DNA of 63,798 nt, filler included, from Octopus bimaculoides (lineage: Eukaryota), in NCBI RefSeq assembly GCF_001194135.2. It is 5 parts of 4 records of this genome, joined end to end, with 100 filler letters (N's around TTAATTAATTAA, not from the genome) between each part and the next. Parts side by side here need not be neighbours in the genome. Positions count along the whole stretch, not along the records: positions 48,876 to 63,798 come from NC_068996.1; 4 more parts are not named here. One strand, written 5' to 3'. The notes below the pieces were generated by a model. That model had not been told where the DNA came from, made no database searches, and saw only the letters and a list, made by a program, of their open reading frames with translations. Below, in pieces: positions 49,913 to 62,893 of this stretch. Position numbers and translations under genes: made by a program. Numbering within the stretch: position 1 is the first letter of the stretch; each line of letters opens with the position of its first letter.

Positions 49913-52508
49913 AATATAGGTACCAGCAATTAGGTTATTGTAGATGTTTCACCACAGTCTGTAACAACTGACCAACCATCTTACTTAAAACAGATACACA
50001 TTGAAATAAAGTATCAAATGACTAGGTCATAAATGAACTGGTCAACAGCTGATATATAATAGACACAGCAGAATAGAATATCAGTAACCAGGTTATCGAT
50101 GTCAACCAAAGACTGCAAAAATTCAAAGTTTGTTATACAGTGGTGTAAAGTAACAGCGATTAAGTTATACCGTATGACCGTCATACAGCAGAGTATCTGT
50201 AATTAGGTTTAGATGTTTTACATAATCTATAAGAAATAACAAACAGCTAACAAAGTATAGACACCACAGCGGCATACGAATAGGTATCGCATTTGGTCAA
50301 TACAAAGCAACAACACTAGTGTACGAACATAAATTACATCCACCACGGTTAATGTCATTTTGGGACCCCAATCCCAATGCAGTAGTTTATAAGTATTCAC
50401 TCAGCTTCTAAAAATAACAATCAAATATCCTTCTAATCCCAACTGACCGTTAAAATAATGGTAAGGCAAAAGATATAGTAATAGATAACCCGAAATAAGA
50501 CGAGCTGATAACGGCTGGTGTGCCTTTGATCCTATAGTTCACTTGGTTTTAAAAAATCCAAATGTAATTGTGCACGTTGCATAATTAGATTGCACGCAGG
50601 TGACTTAATGAAAACAGAACACTTAAAATGAAATTCCACATGTATATGCGAAGGGTAGTTTGTTGCGGAAGGCTTCAACCAACACAGGCCAAGCTTTTAC
50701 ATGCACAATCAACACGAACACAATAACATCGTATGAACGCCGATACCTCAGATACAAAGAAATACACGAGCCAAATTGCGGATAACTCTGTAATCGCTTG
50801 ACCTGCTAGAAATAGCAGCGAAATCTCCCTCAAAAAAATGAATGACACATGACAACGTACTCATAGATATAAAAAAAAAATACAGGTTGGAATACCTTTT
50901 GACCATAGGTGTGTTGCATCAAAACTGACCAGGGCAACTAAGAAATGCAGAAAGGGAATGATAGAAGGCACAGCAGACCTTACGGGATTTGAATTCAGAA
51001 GATACAAAGATGTAATTAATTCATAATAGTAATGATTTCTATCTTAGGCACAAGGCCACACATTTTATAGGAGGAAAAGTCGATTAAATTGACACTAATA
51101 TCCGACTTGTTTTTATTGCTCCCAGAAGCATTTTGTCCGGATATCCACCATTTCAGACATACACCGCCAAATAATTTTTTAATAATAATGATTTCTTTTA
51201 TTTTCAACAAGGGCGACAGATGGTGGAGGGTGGGGGACAGTAATAAACGGTCTCTTATGGCCACTAAGGACCAAACAGTTGGAAGATGATGAAGTACGAA
51301 ATACACATGGGGTACTTACGTAGTATAAAAAGGGGGTAACCAGCAATAACAATAAAGGGTTTTAACAAAGAAATAACAAGAACGGGAAAGAAAAAAACAA
51401 CACGTCAACGAGGTCGTTCGATATAACAGAAATAAAAACCAAACTTCTTTCAAATCATACCGTAAACGTCTTTTAAAAAGACGCGTATAAAGACATTCTA
51501 GGGGTGCAGGTGAGACATTCAATAATCTAATCCCAGGGTCACTGAATAAAAAGTAGGATGCCCTCACAGTGTGAACGGCTTTGATTAGAGGTATGTTCGA
51601 TAAGTACCTAACTGGACATAACGGAACAATGGTTTCAAACCATTTGTAACATAAACACAGTATCACAAAATTTTGGGGGAGGATACAGTTGATTAAATCG
51701 CCACCCGTACTAACTCGTAATTAGTTTTATCGTCGACTATCCATATACAAAATATATTATAAACACACACACGCATATATATATGTATATGAGTGCTACT
51801 GACTCCACATGTTTTGCACCTGTGTGTGTGTGTGTGCTAAAGGTAACAGCTAACTATCCCTTAATCTCTGTTTTTAAAACAGGAGACATTCAATAATGTT
51901 CTAAATAGGACGGAGTGGTCACGATCGGAGTGTCTCCGATCATATACCTGCTTTTTTATGGTTGACACGAGCTCAGCAACATACACGCACGCACATACAC
52001 AGACAATATATATATATATAATGTGTGTCATAAATATATATAAATGTTACACAAACTAAAGAACTACAAGAAGCAAACACATTTCCGTATAAACATACTT
52101 AAACACGTGCATCACTAAATAGAAACATAGCCTGTGTCTATATAATAAAAACAGCAGAAATGTTTAAATACACGCGCACACACATACTACATTCATTAGA
52201 CATTTTTAAAACATACGTATACTCACATAATACAATCACATACATACATACATATATACGTGTAGATGATAGAGAGAGGAATTGTATATATAATTAAAAA
52301 TTTGAAAAAAAAAAGAAACGTAGTTATATAACGAATATACATATCCATATGTCTAAATACATATGCGAAGTGTATACTGGAATAAAAAAAAGACAATATT
52401 TATATTAATATTGTAATATAATAGAGTATAGTTTTACATGCAGTATATCGACGTATATACACAGACATACAGTGCCCATAATATTTATGTACGTGCAAAA
52501 ATTGTGTA

Positions 52509-52570
<62 letters not shown>

Positions 52571-53104
52571 CATACATATATATATCGCGCTCATACATTG
52601 TATACATAATATAAAGTAATATAACATAAACACCCGCCCCTATAAACAACAAAATGACTTACCGACGTTAATTAATATTCCTAAATTTGACGTGTTCAAT
52701 TAAACCGTTACGTTGTCGCACGTACAAATATACTTGCAATAGATATATAAAATGTTTCAGTGCAACTATGAATAAATAAACTGTGTTAGAGACGTGAATG
52801 TTACAACACTGGTACACACTGATCTACACCCGTCACTGTCTCCACAGAGAAGAAGGGTTGGTGAGTGGAAAGAGGTGGCTGTCGTGTGTCTTTGTATTTA
52901 TACGCTTTAAGTTTTACACACACACAGACTTGCATACATATATACCTACGTACGCACATACATACACATACACTGTATTTAATATCTGTTTATGGTAATG
53001 TATATATACACCAAAGCACGATATATTTCTGTATGCATTACCTTATACACACACACACACACACACACACATACACACACACACACATACACACACAGAC
53101 AGAC

Positions 53105-53157
<53 letters not shown>

Positions 53158-53259
53158 TGCACACACTTATATGTGTGTGTGTGTGTGTGTGTGTATTTGT
53201 ATGTGTGTGAGTAAGTGCACATTTATAAATATGTGTTTATATACACGCACACACCATAC

Positions 53260-56200
53260 ACATAAATGCTGGAATGGGTTGAACAGTTTGACAGGATTTC
53301 AGTGTGTCAAGTTCTATTGCCTACTTCAGCAAAGTTTCTATGGATGGAGGCCCTTCCTAATGCCAACTCCTTTACAAACTGTATAGGATGCTTTTGTTGT
53401 GGCACCAGCACAAGTGAAGTCACCGAGTAACTAGCAAGACAAGATCACCTCAAGTAAGTGTGGTGAAATATTGAGTGAGGTGGCTTTGTGTCAGGTGTTG
53501 AGCAGCTTAAGTATGATGGGTGGTGGGGACAGGGACAAGCATGCCTGTCACTAAGGGGATGCAGAGGACAACACTATTCAATAGTGCACTTTCAGATTTA
53601 TTCCATTTTAGTGGTTCTACTCTAGTATTATTAAACAATTAGTGCCTACCCAGAATATTCTAAAGCACCTTCAGGCACCAAAGTCAGGCGACAGACCTAG
53701 GGGCAAGTATCTTGCTGTGAAGGAGAGACATGGCTACCCAAGCAAGAATGGGTAGAAAGATGGTGGAAATCAAGTGTCAGCGCATACCCTCAAAGCACAA
53801 GAAGGGGATAGAAAGAGAATAGGGACAAGGTATCGAGGATGTGAACGTTGAACATGGATGGAGACATGGACAATTGTAAATCTCAGTTTAGGACAAGGTA
53901 AACAAAATAGGAGTGCATCATGGGGGAGGGGGAGGAGGTGATAGGTGGCAATAAATATAAACAGAGTGTTAGTGAAGAGCAATAGTATAATAAAATTGTC
54001 AATAGATAAGAAATAGGGAGATAATATAAAATGTAGGGAAGAGAAATGTACAGTGACAAAGATGGATATTAAAGGCACACAAGGTAGATGTAGTGAGTGA
54101 CAAAAAAGGGAGGGAGGTGTCATTGGTAGATATGACTGGTTGTTCAAAGTAAAGGAGCATTCAGTAGAAATAAAGTGGTAACAAATGAAATTGAAAGAAT
54201 TGGACAAGTAGCAAGAGAAGTGATTCCAAGGAGATGGATAACTGATAGCACCAGAAGGGATGGAATATATGTAGCTCTGCACTCATATAATTACAGCAGT
54301 TAAGGAAATAGTGCTGTAATCAGAAAGATGAGGAGTGGGATAAATGTTACAAAGACAAAGTGTGGGAAAGGCTTGACAGGTAGGTGTAGATCGGGTGCAG
54401 GGGTATTGATGTTATTTGCTTACATGGAGGTCTTCACGAACATAGCAAATCACCAAACAACTCACTTCTTTGTCAATTCCTTTGTGAGGCTTAACAACTT
54501 GAGGTCAGTCTTCACTTTTTTGCCCCATATCTTCTTGAGTCTCTTTCTTCCAAATGTTTTATCCATATTTAATAAACAGCACGCCTCATCTGATTCCTCT
54601 CAGGCCCAATTTTTAAGTACATTTTCACTTTTACAAACAGACTGTTGCACTTCTAGCAGATCATGCTAGCTTCATTCCTCTCTAACTATTGCATATTCTC
54701 TGCATCTACAGGACTATGTTTCACAACTATGTAGCATTGCTGTTCATACTCAAGCATCATATAATCTGCCTTTCACTCTGAGAGAGAGGCCTTTTGTTAC
54801 CAACAGAAGTAATAGCTCACTTCATTTTCTCTAGCCAGCTTTTATTCCAGCAACTATAGTTTCAGAGTATCCTCCTCCACTGCTAATTAAATCACCTAGC
54901 TAACAAGATCATCTTAGGCAAAGAGGCAACCTATTTCTCATATCTTCTTAGTGTTTATTGCTTCTGTGCATCTGCCACATACAAAGTGTAATTTCTCCAT
55001 ATAGTGTGAGTAATGAATGCACTTCTTGTGCATCAGTAACTTGCACTAGATACTCTGTATAGAATTTCTACATATCAAATAGAGTCATTTCCCTGAACGG
55101 ATTAGCATACTGTCTGTTTTCTTACTTACTGGAACTTTATTCTTTTGTAAGTTAACTATAGGGTGCCCTGATTCCAGATTTTGCTTCCAGACCTGGAATT
55201 CCTTTTCTAATTCTATTACAAATTCTGCTAGGAAAACAAGTTCATCAGCTTCCTCAGCGACCACAAATCAGGGAAATAGAGATTCAGTTGAAGGCTTTCT
55301 CCATGTCAAAAATTTCAAGAACACTAGCTTATTTTTAGCTAAATACTTTTTCTTTAGTTGCCTTGCTAGAAAGAGAGCCTCAGTAGTACTCCTTTCCAAT
55401 ACAAAACTAAACAGCATCACATCTAAGCTAACTCTGTTCCTAATTATTTCGGCTATAACCCTCTCTATAACTTTTATAAGCTAGTCTAGCAATTTGATAC
55501 CTCTGTAACTAATTCTCTCTAAGGTATCTCCTGTTCCCTTGTAAGAGTTGATTGTAATGCAGTTACACTACTTGTTAGGTATTGACTCCTTTCCTGCACA
55601 ACTTGCATGACTATATGGATGACTAGACTGTGTTTCACTCTGCCTGATATTTTAAGTACCTTGTTTTAATATATTTAATTCCTTTATCTATCATATTACT
55701 GTCAACTTGAATAGTTGGTCCCACTGTGGGGTCCATGTTAGTAGACTCTCCTTTCCTTCTGCCATGCATTCTCTACAATTAGTAATCTTTCAAAGTAACA
55801 CTCTTCCTTTACAGCCTCTTCCTTTACAGAAACAGAAATTGCAAGTGTGCCATTATCCATCCATACACATTCTCTCCCACAATATTTTGTTTTCCTCTGA
55901 TACACTACTACCTTGCAATCTGGAACACCTCATGCCTCTGACTATCATGTTATAGAATGTTGGTAAACTTCTTCTTTTCTGTTTCTCCTCTCGCTAACTA
56001 TTTCTATTGCCTACCTTCCCTTCTAGTTATCTCATATAATTCTCTCCTACCCCCATTCTTCCAATCCTTCCAAGTTAGTTTCTTTACTTTTATAGCTCTG
56101 TCTTCTTCGCTGCTCCACTGCATCACCCTTAATCTGGTTGAAGCTTTGCACCAGCCACATATTTGGTCTGTAGCCTGAGTAGGTTGTCCCATAGGGACAT

Positions 56201-56540
56201 CCAGTTGTCCTTTATCCTATACATCTCTACCCCCTTCTCCTTTATAACAATTGCCTCAACTAGACTTCTCTAAATTTCTGACTGTTCAGTGAATCTGTAA
56301 GCTTCCATATCTTCCTTTCCAAACCGCTTGTTTCTGTGAGTCCTTTTATTAACTACAAACCAATGGTGAATTGTACATTCTTTACTAAGGAAAAACTTTA
56401 CACTTACAACTATCTTTCTATCCCACTTTTTGGTGTGAATATACTCAATATGGCTTGTGTGGCCACCAGGTTGATACATGATAGGGTACCTGGTTGGTTT
56501 CCTGAAGTTAGTGTTGCAGATTATTAGGTCATTTGTTCAG
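53260..56540 (-). mobile_element. About 3.2-kb heavily degenerate RTE LINE (RT C-half to 3' UTR)
   Basis: ELLLLLVTKGLSLRVKGRLYDA..TAMLHSCET; GRKRLKKIWGKKVKTDLKLLSLTKELT; 3' UTR ggcattaggaagggcctccat on the minus strand; low-complexity block 53480-54430. Confidence 0.7.
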
Positions 56541-56802
56541 AACTCTAAGAACCATGTTTCCTCCTTATTTGGTATCTACCTTGGAATCTACAAGGAAGTT
56601 GCCTAACATGACTGTTGAAGTTACCAACCATGAAAATAAGAATACTGTCATTTGTTATCAAGATAGTCTGTAAAAGGGCATGTTAAAAACATTCCTTTTG
56701 TTCATTTGCCAATGCTAATTGAGGAACCTGATTGGAGGAACATAGGCAGCAGGATAAAAGTTACTGCTTTATTTTACAAAACTAGTCTAAACTTAATTAT
56801 TC

Positions 56803-57804
56803 TGTAGCGACCGTGCGACCAGGAGATGGTGATGAAGGAATGACTCCTTTAGCGCATTGCACGGTAGGCACAAATATAAAAACAAAAGATGGAATGAGGT
56901 AAAAATGAGTTAAGTGCCAACAAGAAAAGAGAGAGACTCAACCGGTAAAAGTGTATAAAAATAAGGTTTTATTGGTAGTCAACTAGAATGTCTGTGTGAG
57001 TGTGAATGCAACATAATAAAACACAATATAAGACACGCTGTCGTGTAAACAAAGAGTGTGTGCATATACAAATATGTGTAAGTGAATGCAAGGGATACAG
57101 AGCATAGAAAACAGTCAATAATAAGGACGTTAGAAGAAAGTCCAGATACAAGGATGAGAAATACCAGTTTGTAGCTAAGGTACACAGTAGTAGAAGTGCT
57201 GTACCAAGAGGTTGTGGCGTTGAAGGCAGAGCCAAAGTAAGACACATGTCGTGTAAGAAGTTGAGACTTCAATGCTCTGGCTGGTTACTTGGTACAGGAG
57301 TTCTTGCAGGTTGAATTTGCTGTTATCCTCGGTGAAGATATTCACACAAACAGTGTTGAGAGAAACTGTGCGAGTGCTGTTGGTGATGTGTATGTAGAGA
57401 TGTCGGTGTAGACGCTAACGACGAAGACGCTGATGGTGGCATTGAAGATGGAGTTTGCAGCAAGGAGTTGAACGGTGGTGTGTCATCACTGGAACTGGCT
57501 GGTGCTCTGTGGTCAGTGGCTAGACCTCAGAAAGTCTAAAGTCGTGACAAACTTTAGCGCAGACAAGCTAGCTATTTAAGAGAAATAATCGGCTCAAACA
57601 GGGGTTCAGAAAACTGTTCCATGTGACCTTATCAGAAGGATGCGATTGGTTGGTTTTCTCCCTGGTGCAAAATAGAACTGCGCCAATACCAACCAATCAG
57701 AGTGGTGGACAAAACAGAGTCCAAGGATGCGGCCAAAGGCTAGCTTTTATCTGCTACGTCCGCATTCACATATATATAACAGAGTGGAGAGAAGCTTCGC
57801 TACA
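56803..57804 (-). mobile_element. Solo LTR (1002 bp), Gypsy-like
   Basis: TGTAGCGA...TCGCTACA 8-bp inverted termini; 4-bp TSD ATTC (56799-56802 and 57805-57808). On the minus strand, TATA-like CTTAAATAGC near 57575 and AATAAA near 56970; CCAAT boxes upstream. Confidence 0.85.
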
Positions 57805-58939
57805 ATTCTATTGCACACTCTGACTATATCAGTTACTTTATCTTCTCATTTCTCTGCTAAAAGTATGCCCACATCAGCTGCAGCATAACTATTGTCTACC
57901 CAGAAGAATTTATACCTATGTTTTCTGTCCTGAGGAGTCTGGCTGAGGTTGCCCCCATCTTATCTTTTGTTTACCGCACACATTTACACGTCTCAATTCT
58001 AGCACTTCAACACTCACTAGTCCTATCTATCATTGTGCCTATGTTGATTGTGATACACACATATATAAGTAAACACAGTAAAGCCGAATGCAGAGTGGGA
58101 CAGCACCCAGACCATAAAGGTAGATTGGAACTGTATGGAAGCCTGTTTGGTGGATTGTACCTGTACTTTAAAGATAACAATCTTGTCACACACTATCATG
58201 CTGAACTTGTCTCAGAATTACCTTAAGAGTACACATTTCTGTGGAACGCTTTGTCACTTATGCATTAATTCAGCGAGTAGATAATTTAGTTGATTGAACA
58301 CGTGAATCTGCATTATTGAATGACAGAAATATGACTATGCATACACACATATCCTGATTTTTTTCTGCTTTGTTTTCTGCTCTTTAGGCTATTGGTTACA
58401 TTGCATTGGAAGCATTGACACAGCAAAAAGTAGAGAGGGCTTTTAGTCTTACAGGGGGAAAGGCAACCACAACCTAGTATTAATGTCATATTAAATTGTC
58501 CCAGTACATTCTGTAAAGTGTTTGATGACTGAGTCAAGAGAATATAGAGTCCTTGTTGAAGACATGATAAAATGCATTCAGTATATTTTGTAATGTAGCT
58601 GGCGATAGAAAAGCATTCAGCTATAGAAATTAAGCCAAAAATGTAATGTTACAAGGGCATTAACACCAAATAAGAACTGACACAGATTGCCATGATCTGT
58701 CCAATCAATGCCAGTATGGAAAAACAGAAAAGCAGATATAAAGTGATGATCTATACATACATAGAGGGAGAGAGAGAGAGAGAAAGAGAGATGCACATAT
58801 ATACATATGTATGTTGCATACATGTATAAATATGCATGTATTTGTGTATGAGTGTGTATGTGTGTGTGTATGTGTGTACTTGTCTGTCTGAATTACCTAT
58901 GTAGATAGGTACATAGTAGATAGATAGGTACATAGTTAA

Positions 58940-59191
58940 TTCAGACAGACTAGCACACACATACACACATAAAAGAAGACTGAGACACATGATCATATAC
59001 ACACACACACTTCACACACATACACAAGGACACATACAGAAACAGACATCCATGCATAACAGACGCATGTACATAGTCACACAAACACATACACATAAAT
59101 ACACTCAAACATGCACACACTCACACACACACACAAACATGAATGCACAAACACATGAATATGCAGAATACATACAAATGTACAGACATGT

Positions 59192-59273
<82 letters not shown>

Positions 59274-59373
59274 ATGCATACACACATGCATAGATACATA
59301 CACACACATACATATATTCATACATACATACTTACATGCATACATACATACATACATACATAAATTCATACAT

Positions 59374-59404
<31 letters not shown>

Positions 59405-59450
59405 TACATTCATACATACATACATACATACATACATACATACATACATG
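58940..59450. repeat. Compound (CA)/(TA)/(TACA)n tract
   Basis: Direct inspection. Confidence 0.9.
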
Positions 59451-59454
59451 CATA

Positions 59455-60660
59455 ACCACCAAGTATCAAAGTCTATCCCTTGACCAAGTTTGCATACTTG
59501 AGGCTGATAATGTCATAAGACTTTGAAGGCAGCTCCTTTAGCAACACTCTTTGTCTGATAACCTAGAATACATGCCGAAAGAAGTCGCACGACTCTACAG
59601 CAACATATCAAATGAAAGGATGAGCGTATATTCGCAGAAGACTATGCATGGATATGTAAATAGAAAGCTCCATGATGATAATAACATTGATCATCAAAGC
59701 AGTCTGTCATGAACCAATAGCGGATTTCTACCTCTCACTTTGAAAGGCATGCATTTGCAATCCAGGAACAGGAAATATCAACCAAGTACCTAATGCACAA
59801 AAGGAATAGAGATGTGGGAAAAGTTATAAAATGTGACAACCAATGAGGACTTTGTGGAGTTCACACTGAAGATATCACCAATATCATAAGCAGTTGTCCG
59901 AAAATGTCATTATGGTATTCTCTACCCATGAGACATGACATTCTAGCTATGACACTCTATAATGAAAATGAAATCTGTCGGAAGGATAATCCTGAGGACA
60001 AAGAAATAAAAACCCATAATGTGGCAGAAGCCATAGCCACTCATAATGAAAAGGAATATTGCTGGAATGTACCAGTGAAGACCTCAATAAAGTGTAAGCA
60101 CAACAGACCTGATATAATGATTTGGGATAAAGAAGAGAAACTGTGTACAGTTGAGGAAATCAGCTGCCCAGCAGTTGTTAACATAAAGCTGTAGATCAGT
60201 GAAAAAGACAACACCTACGCTGAACTATTGAGAAATCTGCAGTTACTCTATACAGATTACAAGTTCAGGTTTATACCTGTAATTATTGGGGCCCTAGGAT
60301 ATGTAACACACTTCCTAAATATCAATCTTGAGAAATTAGGCTTCTCAAAACCAGAAAGGAGAAAGCTAATTCAAAGACTACAAAGCTAATTCCAATCCAT
60401 CACTGGAACTGTAAAAATCTGTAAAACTTTCCAGAAGTTTATCATTTAAACATGCTCATTTATATGAGCATGTTTAGATATGCAACTATATGCATGAGAA
60501 TACATACATAAAACATACAAATCTGCGCATTCATACATACATACAAACAAAAACACCCTGTTGTTGATGTTGAAATTCCAATGAAAAATCCTTGAATCTA
60601 GGTTAGAAACCGGATCTTTCTCTTCTGGCAAGAAATCTTGAAATCAACTGAATAGTGACA
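59455..60660 (+). mobile_element. 5'-truncated RLE-type (R4/Dong-like) LINE, same subfamily as 35590-36062, with (TACA)n downstream
   Basis: KTMHGYV; AFAIQEQEISTKYL; LCGVHTEDITNIISSCPKM (decayed CCHC); CKHNRPDIMIWD..EEISCPA; VIIGALG; GTVKICKTF. Confidence 0.88.
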
Positions 60661-60780
60661 TGCATGCATACATACATACATACATACATACATACATACA
60701 TAGATACATACATACATACATACATACATACACACACACATACATACGTACATGCATGCATACATACATACATACATAAT

Positions 60781-61099
60781 ATATTTCTAAATCTCTCAGA
60801 GAGACTTAAGCAGTAATGATATGATAAAGTAATTGTATACTGCCAGCTTAACGTGACAGTCCCAATAAGGGAATATACTACTGCTATTTAGCCCTAGGAA
60901 GCTGCACCACTTCCTGTCCCCCCTTGTAAACATAAGGACACAGGAAATGTGTCAAGGCCGACAGGAAGTGGTGCAGTTTCCTAGGGCTAAATAGCAGTAG
61001 TATGATTTCTTTATTGGGACTGTCACGTTAAGTTAACAGTATACAATTACTTTATCATATCACTACTGCTTAAATCTCTCTGAGAGATTTAGAAATATA
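60781..61099. repeat. Fold-back palindrome, about 138-bp arms and 40-bp loop
   Basis: atatttctaaatctctcagagag...gctgcaccacttcctgtc / gacaggaagtggtgcag...ctctctgagagatttagaaatat. Confidence 0.9.
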
Positions 61100-61200
61100 T
61101 CGTTTCTAATTTTTGTAATCATTGAATGTGTTTCACTAGAATTATTATATGTTTAATAGAGCTTGACAGGCATCTTCAGCCAGCAAGTCATGCTACTCCA

Positions 61201-62812
61201 ATCAAGAAGGAATCTTTGATAAGATAAGTGATGTGTGATTTTTGAGTTGTGCTGTGGATTATTTGTGCATTGTTGAAGTATATTGTTAATTTTTATTGTT
61301 GAACGTTTTGAAAATTTGTTTCTGTTACCCATTTTTGGGTATGGAAACAGTTAGTTATGCTGTGGCAGCAGGCAAAAGCCTGTCTGCTGACACGATGCAG
61401 TTGAGAGAAATAAAAATTGAAAAGAGGAACTTGGAAAAATTTAAGGAACTTTTTAGTAAAGAAGGAGATTGCCTGCGACTAACACCGTCAAATGAAACAG
61501 TGCAACGCGCAGAAAAGAAGAAAATTATCTACATAACAATTAATGTGGAAAACAGGAGGATTGAAGTGGTGGAAGTGGAAGCCATAGAAAAGTGTCTGAG
61601 AGAATTAAAAGATATCATAACTTTCTATGCAAGAGGGAGAAAATATGGCACGGTGAGGATACGTTTTGCGAGTGAGGAAGAGACAAAGAAGTACTCCACT
61701 GTGCCCCTGAGAACGGATAGGTGGGCACTTTTGCCTACCTACTGTGGAAGACATGCGGCGAGAGTGAAAATAGGACGAGTACCCCCGGAAATAGACGTAG
61801 AGTGGCTGGTGGCAGCAATTATTTACAACTGTAAGGAGAACATGGAAATAATTAAAGTCAAGAAGTCAAGAGACATCAACTGGTGGGGTTATGGTGTAGA
61901 CACTGTAATACACATAACCCTGCCAGATTTGCATACTATTGCAGAGAAGTTGGTGCTCCCCGGTGAGACCCGACTGAGAGTTGTGGTGGAGGGGAGACCA
62001 CCACTGTGTTACAGATGTAAAAGCAGGGGACATATGCAAACAAAGTGTCCCTTAAGAGAATTACAGGTCGAGGAGATGGAGACATGCAATGACGCAGCGA
62101 GAGAGGAAGAGAGAAGGGAAGAAGTAATGGTAGATAGAAAAAGAACAAGGGTGGAGTCATCACCAAAAAGCACAAAAAAGAGAAAAGCGGATAAAGAAGA
62201 AAAAAAGACAACAGCAGAAAGTACAGAGATTCGAAAGCAGGAACCGGAGCCAGCAGCAAGGAGAGAGGAAGATAAAGCTAAAAGAGCGAAAGTTGGAGAA
62301 TGAATGAGAAGAGTAGAAAAGAGAGTAGTTGAGGTAAAGCGAACAGGACGACCGTCGGGAAAGAATTTAAGAACTTTGATATTTTATAATAATGATATGG
62401 AAATAGAAAAGAGATTAACGAAAACAAAAGGTTTGATAAGAGTTGAATGGACATGTTTGACTCAGGTCACAGAACAGCTTTGGTGGAAGCAGACAGAGTG
62501 AAAAGGCTAGTTGAGTTGTTCAAAGAGCAGATCAAAGCAAGTAAGATATATGTTTGATACGAGAATTTGCCCAATGTAATTGGAAAACAGGATTTGATAG
62601 AACATGTAACAGATGAAAAATGATTATAAACTGTTTTAAAGAACTATAAAATGAAACTGTGAGCTTTGGGGGGGCTCGTAAGCCATTACACTTTTTCATT
62701 GTAAATATACCATTTCAAATTCATCATTCATTATATGTGCCTCACGTTTTGTATTGTCTGTCCTTGTAATGTCCATTCTTTGTCTCAGGCTACATGTCTA
62801 TAATAAAGAGAA
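61201..62812 (+). mobile_element. Complete 1612-bp ORF1-only Tx1/L1-like non-autonomous retroelement
   Basis: 16-bp TSD aagtcatgctactcca (61185-61200 and 62813-62828); short 5' UTR; ORF1; 3' UTR with AATAAA (62802) and short A-rich tail; no endonuclease or RT sequence seen. Confidence 0.85.
61341..62303 (+). CDS. Gag-like ORF1 protein (320 aa from METVSYAVAAGK) with CCHC zinc knuckle and basic/acidic tail; probably once extended to about 62623
   Basis: SYA.A N-terminal motif; RRM-like KYGTVRIRFASEEE; VVEGRPPLCYRCKSRGHMQTKCP knuckle typical of Tx1-clade ORF1. The same frame reopens at 62304-62501. Confidence 0.85.
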   Translation: METVSYAVAAGKSLSADTMQLREIKIEKRNLEKFKELFSKEGDCLRLTPSNETVQRAEKKKIIYITINVENRRIEVVEVEAIEKCLRELKDIITFYARGRKYGTVRIRFASEEETKKYSTVPLRTDRWALLPTYCGRHAARVKIGRVPPEIDVEWLVAAIIYNCKENMEIIKVKKSRDINWWGYGVDTVIHITLPDLHTIAEKLVLPGETRLRVVVEGRPPLCYRCKSRGHMQTKCPLRELQVEEMETCNDAAREEERREEVMVDRKRTRVESSPKSTKKRKADKEEKKTTAESTEIRKQEPEPAARREEDKAKRAKVGE

Positions 62813-62823
62813 AAGTCATGCTA

Positions 62824-62865
62824 CTCCATGCTGATGACGAGCAAAAACTCAGAAACATGTCCCTA
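62824..62865 (+). ncRNA. Degenerate hammerhead-like motif
   Basis: CTGATGA-CGAG caaaaa CTCA-GAAACATGTC. Stem II GAG/CTC, palindromic stem III ACATGT, GTC site; stem I pairs poorly. Confidence 0.4.
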
Positions 62866-62893
62866 GATGCAGGCTTGGCTGGGTGTAAGTGCT

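Noticed and set aside
53770-54282. 170-aa minus-strand ORF
   Set aside because: Low-complexity pyrimidine-rich translation inside the RTE 3' region; no recognisable domain.
60575-60625. GAAACCGG palindrome in RLE-LINE 3' UTRs (also near 36020) as hammerheads
   Set aside because: No CTGANGA core in either copy.
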